64,000 bases of DNA from Cycas panzhihuaensis (lineage: Eukaryota > Plantae > Cycadophyta), in contig CM041465.1 in the NCBI GenBank assembly GCA_023213395.1, positions 75,089,741 to 75,153,740 on the forward strand, in the 5' to 3' direction. The notes under the pieces are model-generated. The model ran no database searches and was not told the DNA's origin. It saw nothing but the letters and a program-made list of their open reading frames with translations. Position 1 is the first letter of the stretch. Every line of letters begins with the position of its first letter. A program made the position numbers and the translations under genes. This document shows, one piece after another, positions 28,313 through 41,000 of the stretch.

Positions 28313-31300
28313 ATCAATCAGAGATGGAGGCCCTAAGGCCGAGTTACTTTTGAAACTATTCAAACTTCACCCTCTTCAGTGGTTTGATGAAGATATCAGC
28401 CACTTGATTTACTATGGGGTAGTACTCTAGTTCAATTGTGCCATCATGAACTAGTTCTCTAATCCTGTGGACTTTTGTACTTATATGTTTGGTACAATCA
28501 TGAAATATAGGATTTTTAGCCATCTAGATTATAGATTGATTATCTACATGTAAACTAGTAGAACTTGTTTGGGTGGAATTTAATGTATTTAATAATTTTC
28601 TAAGCCATATCACCTCCTTATTTATCTTAGAAGCAGCAATGTACTCAGCTTCGGCAGTTGAGTTTGCAACTATTTTTTGTCATCTGGATCTCCATGATAT
28701 TGGTGCTGTTCCAAGAAATGTTACGTACCCAAACATAGATCTTCATGTGTCTTTATCTCTGGCAAAGTCTGAGTCTGTGTATGCATAAAGTTTAAATTCT
28801 GCATTGGGTTCATACAACAGACCATATTTGCTAGTCGTCTTTAAGTACCTCAACACTGTGACATACCACAATGATTTTGCTTAGGATTTGTCATGAATCT
28901 TGTAAGAATGATGACAGAGTGTGTAATATCTAGCCTTGTGTTGCTAGTATAGATGAGACTACCTACAAGTTACCTGTAGAATGTTGCATCTGCCTCCCTA
29001 TTGTCACCATCAACTGAGAGTTTAATATTAGGCTCCATAGGTGTATCCACTAGTCGAGCACCTTCCAACTGAAACTTTATCAGAAGATCGTTAATATATT
29101 TTTCTTGGGAGAGAAAGATTTTGCCATCCTTTTAAGTTACTTCAATTCCCAAGTAATATTTCATCAACACGAGGTCAGACAATTCAAAAGTTTTAGCAAG
29201 GTCCTTCTTCAGCTGGCTGATTACCTGTTAACTATTCCCCGTTATAAGCATGTCATCCACAAAGATTAAGAGGTAAGTGACTTTATCATTTTGGCGCTTG
29301 ATGAATAATGTTGTATCAATATCTTGATAGTCACAAACCTCATATCCAAGTTGCCTCATTCTTTTAGATAACTTGGTAAACCAAGCACGAGGGGCTTGCT
29401 TTAGGCCGTACAAGGACTTTTTGAGCCCGCAAAATTTATGCTCCTAACTGTCAATCTCATATCCTTCTGGCTAAGCCATGTAAATTTCTTCTTTAAGGTC
29501 CCCATTGAGAAATGCGGTCTTAACATCGAGTTGGTGGATTTTCCAACCCTGTTGAGCAGCCAAGGCTATAAGAGTTCTAATTATAGGCCACTTGGTTATA
29601 GGAGTAAAGATTTCAGTGTACTAAATGCCTTCCCTTTGCGTGAATCCTTTTACTACCAACCTTACCTTGTGTTTTTCTAGGGTGCCATCTGATCTATACT
29701 TGTTTTTAAATACCCATTTATTTTGAACTACCTTTCTTCCAAGTGGTAGATCAACAAGCTCCCATGTACCGTTCTTAATAAGAGATTGATACTCTTCATT
29801 CATGGCATTTCTCCAAGCTGCATGATTTACAGCTTCTTGGTATGTTAGGGGCTCTTCATTAAGAGCAAGATGTAGTTCTGTTGTTTCAAGGTCAATAGAA
29901 AGTGATTCATGCATCCTTGCTCTATGGGCACTTCTAGTGCTAGTTTTACCTACCTCATCTAGTTGCATGTCCTTGTGTAGCTGGTAGGCTTCACAAAAAC
30001 CTCGAGTTGGGAATGAGGTTTTCATTTCTAAAACCTCTTGATCTTCATTTTGATCCTGAAAAGGATCATGTGAAATATTTGGCACGATAGAAGTTGACGA
30101 TGCTGGAGAAGATAGGCTAGCCACAGATGTTGGAGAAGATGATCCTTTTGCTATAGCTTTGCCTTTGTCAACTTGGATGTTTATAAATGATGGTGCTAGA
30201 TGTATACACATTGGTTTGGAGTCACAGCTTGTATCCTCTAAGGTTCTATTATCAGATTCCAAGATTTTGAGCAATTATTCATCATCTCCCTCCCTAAATT
30301 TTGGAATCTGGACATAAAATTTAGTGGCATCATTAAATCAATATGAAGGCATCTTAGAGTCAAGTCTGAGTAATTGATCTTCAGTCTCTACAAAGATAAC
30401 ATCTCCAGTGATGATGAGTTTGCGTGGTGAAGGTATAAAAACCTTGTATCCCTTTTTGTCCATAGTGGATCTGATAAAGATGCCTTTGATGGCTCTATCT
30501 TGGAGCTTATTTCTATGTTCCTACAGAATATAAGCATAATAAGTAGAGCCAAAAATTTTGAAGTGGGAGATAGAGGGGGTTTGTCCATACCACATTTCAT
30601 GTGGAGAGGGGCCAAGCTTGGAGGGACTAATAGTGTTGATGCAATACATAGCAGTCTAGATAGCCTATGCCCAAAGATAGATAGGGACATTCTTATATAC
30701 TAGCATAGCACGAGCCATATTTATGATGATCCTATTCATGCGCTCGGTAACTCCATTTTGTTGGGCTGTACCCACAATAGTGGTCTGATGTTTAATTCCA
30801 TGTTGACATAGGTATGATTCAGACTTATTAGATGTGTACTCACCACCATTGTCAATCCTAAGTATTTTGATCTTGAATCTAGATTCATTTTCCACGCGGG
30901 ACTTGAAAGCTTGAACTATAGAAAAAACTTCATCTTTCTTTGCAAGAAAAGCAACCCATACTTTCTTGGTAAAATCATCAATGAAAGTAATATAGTACCA
31001 CTTCTATTTGAGAGAAGGGATGGGCATAGGACCACATATATCTAAGTGTACAAGCTGCAAAGGTTGGCTAGATTTCTACTGACTATGAGGAAAGGGTTAT
31101 CTTTGAGATTTAGCAATAATACATGCTTCACATTTAAAGGGCTTAGAGGGGAACTTAGGCAAACTAGGAAGAGTGTCTTGTAGTTCTCTTAAATGATCAA
31201 TTTTGATATGGTCCATATGATCATGCCATAAAGCTACTTGGGACAACTTTTGAGGAGTTAGGGTTGTGGTAAAAGCAAATTCATCATCAACATAGTTGGC

Positions 31301-32864
31301 TTCAGAGGATGGTGAGCCCATTAGGCAAAAAAGTTTGCCATCAAGAATTCCAGTCATAACCACAGTATTTAAAGGAAGATGAATGACATAGAGAGTTTGA
31401 TTGTTTGCAGTTACACTCAGATCAAATCCACGAGAGACTAGGGTGGACAGGGAGAGCAGATTCTGTTTCAGAGCAAGAATATATAAAACATCAACAAGTG
31501 TAAAATCTGGAAGGCCTGGGAGTTTCAGGCAAACAGTTCCAAGTCCTTCGACTGGCTGAGATGATTTGTCAGCCATGTATACAACACCACAAACTTCAGA
31601 GTCAAAATCTTGAAAGAATTGGCGATGACAAGTCATGTGTTGTGTTGCTCCAGTATCCATGATCCACGATGAAGTATTTGAGGTAGCACTATTTACAACT
31701 CCAAGTGGTGAAGACAAAAGTGAATAAGCATAGCCACAATGAGCCTCAATATACTTACTGGATCTATCAACAACATTTGATGAAGTGGTCTCAATTATTT
31801 AAAGGTGTGCATGAGCAAATTGCATTCCACCAAAAGCATCTTCAAAAGAAGTATTATCAACATTATGTGCCCCATGCACGATGTTGATAACTTGGTAGTT
31901 TGTTGGTGGCAGTTCTATAATTTTTTGTATAATGTCCTTTTCTATTACACCTTTGGCACACGATTGTTTGATTTCTAGTCCAAGTATTGGGCTAGTTGGA
32001 TTATCTCTGATTACTGGATCTAGGTCTAGGTTGATTATTTTGACCTTGGCCTTGAGACTATTTTTATTGGAATTAAGGAGCCTGTTGACTAAGAGGACGT
32101 TGTCCTTGTTGTCTACCTCTTCCTCTTCCATGGGAATTACCACCTCTATGAGAGTATTGACCTTGATTTTTGGTGTAACAAAGATCTTCTTCCACTTCAA
32201 AAGCAGCATCAACTGGATCTGATGTAGTGGTAAAGTTGGTATCAAAGGTCTTATCGAATTCAATGAAATTATCAGCAAGATCCTCAAAGTTTAGGGTCTT
32301 CAAAGTGCCACTAGATTAAAGACTTCCCAATAGATTTTTATAATCTGGGATATGGAGATATGACTAAATCAAGAAAGCCCATGTAATGCATTGAGTTTTA
32401 AAATCTTTATCAATGGCTTGCTTAATTGGATGAAGGAGATTGATTATCTAGTTGCATATCCTTTTTGTATTTTTAATTTGTTCATCTTCAGCACTAAGTG
32501 AACAAATTCTAAGTCTGATTTAGTGTCAAAGTTCTTCTTAAGAAGTTTAAGAACTTTCCATACTGTATCATGTACAACTTCATCAATGAGATTATGCAGG
32601 GAATAATTAGTGACAAGCAATATTCCTGTACGGATTTTATCATCATCAAGTTCCCATTGGTGTTTAACTATAGCTTCAGTGGGAGCTTGAAGCACCTCCC
32701 ATCAAGGCTTGTGGTAGTCAGAATGCAATAAGTGGTGTAGGTTATAAGTGATCTCTCCATAAACCTTCATACTTTGTAGCATTTCTGACACCAGTGAATC
32801 ACATGTCCCAATTTTCTTTCCCTTTTAGAATGCAGTTCATATTTTGCTTGAACTGTGAAGACAT
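28313..32864 (-). pseudogene. Disrupted Copia gag-pol
   Basis: WIMDTGATQHM protease; LRIDNGGEY...QQNGVTERMNR integrase; EPLTYQEA..W..AMNEEY.SL.KNGTWELV and YGLKQAPRAW...FVDDM RT. Confidence 0.93.
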
Positions 32865-33029
32865 GGTGTCTTTTTAGAAGGGAAGAAATGAATAAGGGAC
32901 TATAAAAGTGATGGCAATAAATGACTAATCACAATTTACAAATAGGAAATGTAATGAAGTAGTGCAGCAGAAGGAAGAAGAAGTGAGAATGGTTACTCAA
33001 AGATGAAGGAAGCAACTTAGAAAAAAGTC

Positions 33030-33156
33030 ACCAACACTTGTGACAAATATTAACCTGACGCAGTAGGAATATGAGAAGTACTATGATAAAAATTGGCCAC
33101 TAACACTTGTGGCAAATATTAATCTGACATAGTAGGAATATGAGAAGCACTATGAT
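33030..33156. repeat. Two-copy ~69-bp tandem duplication in the Copia 5' leader
   Basis: AACACTTGTGRCAAATATTAAYCTGACRYAGTAGGAATATGAGAAGYACTATGAT occurs twice. Confidence 0.9.
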
Positions 33157-34022
33157 TGTGATTACACTATGGATCACTTTTTACAAATAAGTAAGTGATC
33201 AATATACAAGATTGTAGGCCAATATAGAAGCTGACATCATTAGGTTTACACAACTTGAAACTCAAATGTAGGATGTGTAATCAACCCAATAACCTCTAAC
33301 TTGTGTCCAACATGTAGTTGAGGTTGTTGAAGGGATGCTTAGGCTTCTAGTAGAATTAAGTTGGCCTTCACCATGATACCGCAGAATTGTGCTTGGTGAT
33401 GAAATCCAAGTCACAACGGAGGCTAGGTACTCCTAATCCTCACCCAATTCACCAATGAGAAGCTATATACCTCCTCTAAAGAGTGGTATGTGCATACCCA
33501 TGGCTATGATGGATATTGGATTGGGTATATTTTAATCTTGTATTAAAGTTTTAGTTTTCCCAGTTGGTTATCAAGATGATCCCTGATTGAGGCACGATGG
33601 TATGGCTAACCAAACCTCGCCAATATTCCAGTTTAGTCCAGTCCCAACTTGAAACCCACACCTCCTTTATGGCATGAAATTCTACCAACCAAGGTATCTC
33701 AACCTTGGTGAGTGTGTAAACAGGTATAAGATGGCAAAAAATAGCATACGTGATGCATTCATTTTAAGAAGAGTGAAAAGATTATTGAATTGCATCAAAT
33801 GTACATTTAACTGAAAATAGAATGCTTACTTAGAGTACTTTTAGAGTGCTTGCTTGAAGTGTCTTTAGAGTGATAAAATGCAATGCTAATAAGTAAGTGA
33901 GGACACCAGTTATTGCTCTGATCCAGATGTTTTTTCTCACTTTTACAATGGGCTTTTAAGCCTTATAAAAAGAAGGAAGAAATTTTCTTCACCTTTTTTT
34001 TTGGTTAATACAAAAAAAATAG

Positions 34023-34330
34023 TCTTCACTAAATCAGTAATAACTTTCTCCCATGATGTCAAAATGGAGTGCTAGTTTTTGTGTTACAAAGTAGACTCAG
34101 AGCATCATCCTCAAGAAGTGGAATTAGGTCCAAATGAGGTTTGGAAAGTTTTTGACAGCCCCTCAAAGTTAGGAAATTATATTTTTCTAGAATTCTTACT
34201 AAAAATAACTGCTGTTCACTAAAACATCAATAACTTCCTCATACAGAATCCAAATTAGGTGCCAATTTTTGTGTTGGAAAGTAGACTCAAAGCTTATCTT
34301 TGACAAGTATAATCACTCCAATTGGATCTC
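34023..34330. repeat. Two diverged copies with 190-bp period in the Copia 5' leader
   Basis: TTCACTAAA..AATAACTT...TTTTTGTGTT..AAAGTAGACTCA occurs at ~34025 and ~34215. Confidence 0.8.
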
Positions 34331-36402
34331 TATAGAAGATTTTGCAGACCTATGAAGTTTAATAATCAAATTATATTTCTATAGAAATTTCAGCTTGCTA
34401 ATATCTCATTAACACATGATACCATATGAAATTTCCATCATTTTTTGATCACCAGGATCCCAATATGGGTAAGGTGAGAGAATACAATTATAGATATTTT
34501 AAATAGCTCAAAATTCTTTTAAAAAAAGGGTAAAACCTCCCCTTATAATCATTCTTCTAAATGCTGGAAAATTTTCAACAGCATTTCCCCTTGTTAAATG
34601 GACAAAAAGAGGGGAAAGAAACGGAAGAATGCGATAGCATGAATGGCCAGCAAAGGATTAGAATCCTTGGGCCTTAAAACTCCTTATATTATACTTTCAA
34701 ACCTACAAAAGAGAAAGGAAAAGCAAACAATACAAAATATGCTATCATAATAACTTGAAAATATTTCTAAATTCACTTTCACAATCTCCTTCACCACATG
34801 GATTGTGGGGAGAAGGAAGTGATGGCTCTATTGCAAGTGCAAGTGAGGAATATGAAGGAAGCAAGCTCTAATACCACATGAAAAGAGTGGATCTATCCTT
34901 CATCTCCATGCACTAAACATAAAGGTAAACATGGGAGCAAGAGAGACTTAAGAGAAAGAAAGTAGCTCTCACAAAATGGGGAGGTAAGAATGAATCTCCT
35001 CCATTGAGATTTTACTTTTATATTGAGAGAGGGAGCATTAAAGTTAGGTGAAATGAAATTACACAGAATGCACATGAAAGTGCATTTCACTTAAGTGATC
35101 TAATTTAAAGTTCACTTAAGACCCTTTTTCGAAATAATCAACTAATGTAATGACCTTATGTCATTAACCCTTTTCAGTTAGAACCCCCCCCTCCCCCCTC
35201 CCACAAAGAGGGGGTTCAGGGGTGATATCCATTGAACTAAAATTATAGTGCTATCAAACATACTAAATTATAAAGAGAATCAAGGTTATTCATTTAAAAT
35301 ACCCCATATTTAATGGTTAAGATTTGTGCCTTGTATAACTCTCTTATATAGCCTGATTTAGGATGTTTTTTCTATTATGTCGATGGTATTTCATGTATTG
35401 GATGTACTGTGAGGAGTAAGGTAGTTGGTTATAATTACTATGAGTATTTTTCTATAAATTATATATATTTCTCTATTCTTAGATTATAAAGATCGATACC
35501 TTTCATGTGTGGATGTTTCCTAATACACTGCTAGGGTTTTACCATATTATATCTAGTGTGTATGTGACGCTTTAGCTTTTTGATTTATTTGTTGTACTAT
35601 CTCTAGTTTAAGAACTTTCATGCTAAATTTCAGGTTCAATTCCTGTAACTAGTTGCAAAATAGTTTAGATCTTGGTGGTAGGTTTTGGTTATTCATACAT
35701 AGTTTTCTCAACATTTATAACATGCAAGTTCTAATTTAAGGGTTGCAAAACACATATTTGAAGCTTATTGTTTGAAGCTAAAAATTATTGTAGAGGAGTT
35801 CTAAATATAGGCCTAATCACCCTACACAAATAGTAAATTTTCTATAAATAAGAGGGAATCAAATGCATCAAATCTACTCCAAAAAATTAAAAAAAAATTA
35901 AAGGTCTTGTGATAGTTACTTACAACATTAGTTATGGATGTTGCCGCTATAGCTATTGTTGTTATACAAGCTCCAAGATTATAAGGAATTAGACTATGGC
36001 ATAGAATTGGTAGGTTCAATTACTATTATCTATTCTAAGTAAAAAGATTAATCACCTTACTACTGTTGAGTTCTACTAAGTTAACAAATGCTGCTAAATA
36101 TCAAGAGTCCTTCTCTTTTAACGTGAGATTAGTTTTTCCAAAGAAATAAAAATATGGCCCACTCCATGTAACCGCATAATAAAAAGTTAGAATGGTCAAC
36201 ATCCTATCATATTCTTACCAATCATTTAGAAGATTTATGTTATCACCACCTGAGTAAAACCTTAAAGTACTCTAGGTTTGGTAATATCGTTTTTACCATG
36301 TAGGGTGAAGGAGAAATTGCAACTCTCATAGCAATGTTATCCCTTACAAACCCAGAGATGGGGTAGAAATAATAGGCATAATAAGCTAGGGAAGACAATA
36401 AG

Positions 36403-36827
36403 GATATAGTTATAAGACAAGCAATTTAGCCATTCCTTTAACAATATAGGGAGCCATACTCTTAGCCAGTGATATTTCATCTACAATGGTGGTAGAAGTA
36501 GAGAGAAAAGCCAATAAAATAATGCCCATCTCCAATGGTGAAGCTTCCATGGCAACCACAATAAAGAAACCCATATTTGAAACTAGATATTTGGAGTCAC
36601 TAAATGGAAAATACCATATAGTCGCATGCCTAAATGTTCTGATACATTACCCACAAGATGAAGTTATAGGAATGATTGCCCGTCTTGACTCTTTAGCTGA
36701 TGAACATCTCATCTTGAGTTTTGTACCAAAAACTCTATATTATAGTATTTTAAAGTAGATTAGTGAGGTTTTCCCAGGGCCTTCAAAGGCTACCAAGGCT
36801 TATTTACACTCTAAAGAGGGTATAGAG
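36403..36827 (+). pseudogene. CHLM: Captured fragment of Mg-protoporphyrin IX methyltransferase
   Basis: One frame reads SNLAIPLTI*GAILLASDISSTMVVEVE...LESLNGKYHIVACLNVLIHYPQDEVIGMIARLDSLADEHLILSFVPKTLYYSILK*ISEVFPGPSKATKAYLH. This matches the recalled plant CHLM C-terminal half (ASDIS, CLDVLIHYPQ, LSFAPKT, FPGPSKATRAYLH). Both ends are missing and there are two stops. Confidence 0.92.
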
Positions 36828-39800
36828 GTAGTTGCATTGGTGCTTACAAAGGAAATCAACTTTCTATGCATTGTAGGGTAACCTCAAGAAGCATGGGTAA
36901 GCCTAGTGGAACTTGAAAATTTGTAAATCCACAGAATGAACCTGTAACTTTTAATAATAGTGACCACATATAGATAGAGAGAAAATGATGAACGAAAAAG
37001 ACATTCAAAACCCTAAAAATTTTTAGGTTTAATATTTTTTATCTTTTATTAATGTTTTCATTTTGACAGACATATTTTCATTTTGAATGTTGGTAGACAT
37101 CAAATCAATATTCACAAGGGTTACTATCTTTTTGCATTTGTAAAAATGAATTTAATCATATTTGATATTTTTTTTGGGTCCACCCAACCCCCTCATTCTT
37201 TAGCCCTCGATCATATGCAATATTCATATGATCTTTAGCTAGCTAATGAAAGGGGCTAAGCCCCCAGTTTTTAATATTTTTAGAGTCCTTATCATTGTTT
37301 TGGCTGTAACTTAAGTTAGGAGGCTTTGTTTTCAGTCCTATTAGTTGCGTTGGATTTATAACTAAGAGAGCTTTCATTTTGTAGGTCACTTGATACTATT
37401 GAGAGTTTATTTGAAGTAGAAAATTTAGTTCAAAGTTTAAAGTTTTTTTTAAAACTTTATTTTTCTTCATTTTTTCAACACTTGCAAGTATATACATGTA
37501 TTTTTAAAGGCTCCATGATATTTATTGTTATGATGTATCCCAAATGGGGGAATAACATGTATTAAGGTCTTATTTTTGTATCTAGAGAACTCAATTCATA
37601 TTGAAATTTATTATATGAGAGAGTCATTCATGTTATACTTGAGTCACATCTATGTTTCAAGTCATGTATTAACATTTATTATTGGATTTTTAACCCATGG
37701 TGTCATGATGTAAGCTTAAAGAGGTACATTTTTATCCTATAGAGGTAATTTAAGGCCATAGAGCCATTTGAAGACTGTTTGTATTATCTTATTTAAGCAA
37801 GAGGTGGTATCCCTTTTCAACTGCTCTTGCTGGTGATGAATGAACTATATACGCAAAGGAACATCCTAGATAACTAGCAGTCATAGTGATTGGTTACCCA
37901 TGTGATCTGATGGATGGTGTTCTCTTCATATAGACATCAATAGATAATTATATTATTGCAATATCTTATGATCCAACATTCATTTGAAGACTCGACACTT
38001 ATCATTTTATGTGGTATTTCATTATGTAATTAACTATTATTGGGGGGAAATATTAGGTGTAATACCCAATCACATAATTACCTTTATGTACACTCTCTCT
38101 ACATTTATGTGTATTTTATACTTAAGGTTATAAGCCACATAGAGATGTGTGATACCTCTGAGATTGACCAATGGGGTTCTCTCATTGATGGTGAGCTTGT
38201 ACTATATGTATGTATATTATCATTAATCCTAATTTAAGTTTTAGCCATTTCTCCATCACTTTTGTTCATTTACACATACTTCATCTTCTTTTTGCTTTAT
38301 TATTATATCATTAACTCACCATCTTAGTTAATCTATTGCATACATAGCATATTATTTTCTAACTTGGTATAGAGCTTTACATACTTATTTTCTAATAAAA
38401 TACTACCAAATTTTTACTAGATATTGTTAGTTCTCTTTTATTGTTTAGAAGTTGGTTGAAGACTATTCTTCTTGAAAAATTGTTAATTTTGCTAAAAGGA
38501 TTAAAGGGCTACTTTCACCTTAATTTGTTGTCCAGCTCTTTAGCTTAACTTCTCATTCATCTATTGAGATCATCTCCTTATAGTTCTTATTGATTTCTTA
38601 TACACATTATGCTTTCCTTTAATATTTTTTGTTATTAAACCAGTCATTCTCATGGTACTTAGGGCTTGGTGGTAATATGTTGAGAAGAAGTGAAGCATCA
38701 TTCTAAGGAATACTTCACTCATTTCATTTAGGTCAGAGGTAACTTTGTTTGAATTAGTTGTTAGCTTAGAAATTAGTGAAGGTTTATTTTAAGATCTTTC
38801 AAAAAATTAATTTAAAAAAAAGGATCTTTCATTACTATTTTGCTCTTATTTTTAGTAAAATCTAGTTATTTTTTACTAGTCTTTTGAGTGGTTAGGCTTG
38901 GTATTAAACCATTTTTTATTCCAAGCTTCTATCACACATTGTTCAAGTTATTAAAAGACTATATTTTATAATTAAGCCCATTTCAATTTTTTGTTATAGT
39001 CTTTTAATAAGTAATTACATTTGTACATCCCTATTTATTCTAACTCATAACTCTCAATAAATTATGCCCTAATATGGGTTAAAGTAAATCAAACCAAACT
39101 CTTGAGAGGAGGTGAGTGATAAATAAGAAAGGGATCTTTAAGCAAGATGAGCACTTCAACTCTCTTCCATAGTATTGTAGGTGACTCAAGCTAATTCTAT
39201 CTTTTATGAAAAGTACATTTTATACTACATGATTATTATTAGAAACTTGATAAGCTTATGAAGTTTCATTTGAGATCCTTTTTTGAAAGAATTATTATAA
39301 TATCTATGCCATTTTTTCTTTCATCAATTAGTGACATTTTAACAGAAGGGGAAACTGGAAGGAGTGAAATCATTTGGCCACAAGCTATATTGCAAGGTAC
39401 TCATTTCTCTTCTCAATACCTCCATTCTCTTTTCTCTATTTCCATGTTTTATAAGTAAGTAAAGAGAGAAGTAAAAAGCAAAGGGAAAATATATGTTTCT
39501 TGTATTGATTTTTTTCTTTGTTTGACTTTTCCCTTTAACTTATCTATTGAAGAAGAAAAGATAGTTGAGAGGTTGTTGAATAGGTTTAGAGCTAAGAACT
39601 TATGATTATCTAATTGCTAATTTCTTTCACTCTTTCATTTCCTATTGACTAACTCTAAAAGATTGGAAAAGAAAAGTGAAAGATTGGTCAAAGTAGCTCC
39701 TTTGTCACTTGTGTTTGATTATTTCTCTTTTATTTTAAATCATTTAAGAAATATAAAAAGAAAAGAAGGGAAGGAATTACATTCACATATCCTATGTTTT

Positions 39801-40594
39801 GGTTGATTATATGTACACTCTTTATTAGATTCATTCAAACTAAGAATGCACACTAGATTTACAAGTAGGATTGGTTTATTATTGTTTAGTGTAGTTTAAG
39901 TTGATTAGATCTAGATTTATTTCTTTCATGCACATGAAAATAATTTCAAAATTTAAACTAGTTTAATTCCTTCACCTTTTTATCAATTCCACAAGTAGAT
40001 AAGACCTCTCTTTAGAGGTTGGTTCAAAGGGTTACTTCTTGAGACTTGTCACCTCAAGTTTATTTCTCATAGACTTACTCTAGGTAGTTGTACCCAAGCT
40101 ATGATACCATTTTTTGGTGACCATATTGGGGAGTTCCCAAAGCTTCCTAGTTGTACATTGTAGACCTACATCTTTTACATCTGCTTAAGAACTTTTATAA
40201 CACATTCTTGCTTAGTTAGATCCAAAGTGGATCTCATATATTGTTCCATGGATCACCATAGATTCTTTCCTCATCATGATCATGGAGCACTCATGTCTTA
40301 TATTCAAGGCCCTCTTACATATTCTTATTGACAGAATTTACATTGGGTTGCTTCTACTTATACCTAAGGTCATATCCTGGTGCAAGAACTTATTAGACGA
40401 GTACCTCATGCTTATGCATCTCGGACAAGCACAAGCCATAGTAGTTATGTTCAATCCTATCAGACTCATTCAACCTTTATTTCACAATAATCCCCTTTTC
40501 ATATAACCACATTACTTTAAGAGAGAAAGTCACATGTTGTCTATAATAAGAGCCCTTTCTTGTGTGAGGTTTTTCTTTATATTCTTCCCCTTTC

Positions 40595-41000
40595 ATTCTT
40601 AAGTTACCTATGTTTAATGGGATACATGGGCAAGATCCTTCAAGTCAAGTTGAAGCATTTGCTTTGGTGTGTACTTATTATATGCCCAATGACCTTTTGA
40701 TGATAAGACCTTTCCCAAGAACATTGTGAGATAGTGCACTCAAGTGGTTTTACTAATTACCCTAGAATTCAATCCTCATATTCTAGTAATTGATAGATGC
40801 CTTTATAAGTGACTTTGATGTCACTTACCCTTTTTCAATGGAAGAAAATGCCCTTTTTACAATCAAGTGAAAATATGATGAATTTAAAATAGATTTTTAG
40901 GAGTGCTTCTTAGATCTTGATGAGGCATGTCAAACTCAAAATTTTGAAGAATTATTTTACCAAATCTATGAATATATTATACAATGAACCCATCAACATA
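40595..41000 (+). pseudogene. Decayed Gypsy gag remnant of the level-2 element
   Basis: KLPMFNGIHGQDPSSQVEAF followed by FPRTL...ALKWF; no RT or integrase recognisable in 40110-45266. Confidence 0.65.

Larger units (their letters stand above)
27578..35176 (-). mobile_element. Full-length decayed Ty1/Copia, 7.6 kb, nest level 5
   Basis: 298-bp LTRs 27578-27875 and 34879-35176 (about 17 differences by eye, mostly transitions); TSD GCTAG/GTTAG; PBS at 34865-34876; PPT at 27876-27886. Confidence 0.95.
18985..35713 (+). mobile_element. Decayed Ty1/Copia (Tork/Tnt1-like), nest level 4
   Basis: 5' LTR 18985-19661; PBS TAGTATCGGAGCC at 19664; PPT at 27444-27455; 3' LTR 27456-27577 + 35182-35713; TSD TTTAA/TTTAT. 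Confidence 0.9.
18170..38397 (+). mobile_element. Small non-autonomous LTR element (~3.5 kb net) carrying a CHLM fragment, nest level 3
   Basis: LTRs 18170-18517 and 38051-38397; TSD AAATG/AAATA; PBS TGGTATTGGAG at 18518; PPT TGGGGGGAAA at 38041-38050; empty site in the sister LTR near 46100; no pol domains seen. Confidence 0.88.

Noticed and set aside
27592-35090. Duplicated 65-aa ORFs (27592-27789 and 34893-35090)
   Set aside because: They are chance ORFs within the two LTR copies.
36486-36758. Functional CHLM gene
   Set aside because: It lacks the N-terminus and C-terminus, has in-frame stops on both sides of the ORF, and sits inside an LTR element.
36403-36827. Horizontal transfer of cyanobacterial chlM
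   Set aside because: Nothing in the sequence favours it over capture of the plant nuclear gene; a phylogeny would be needed.
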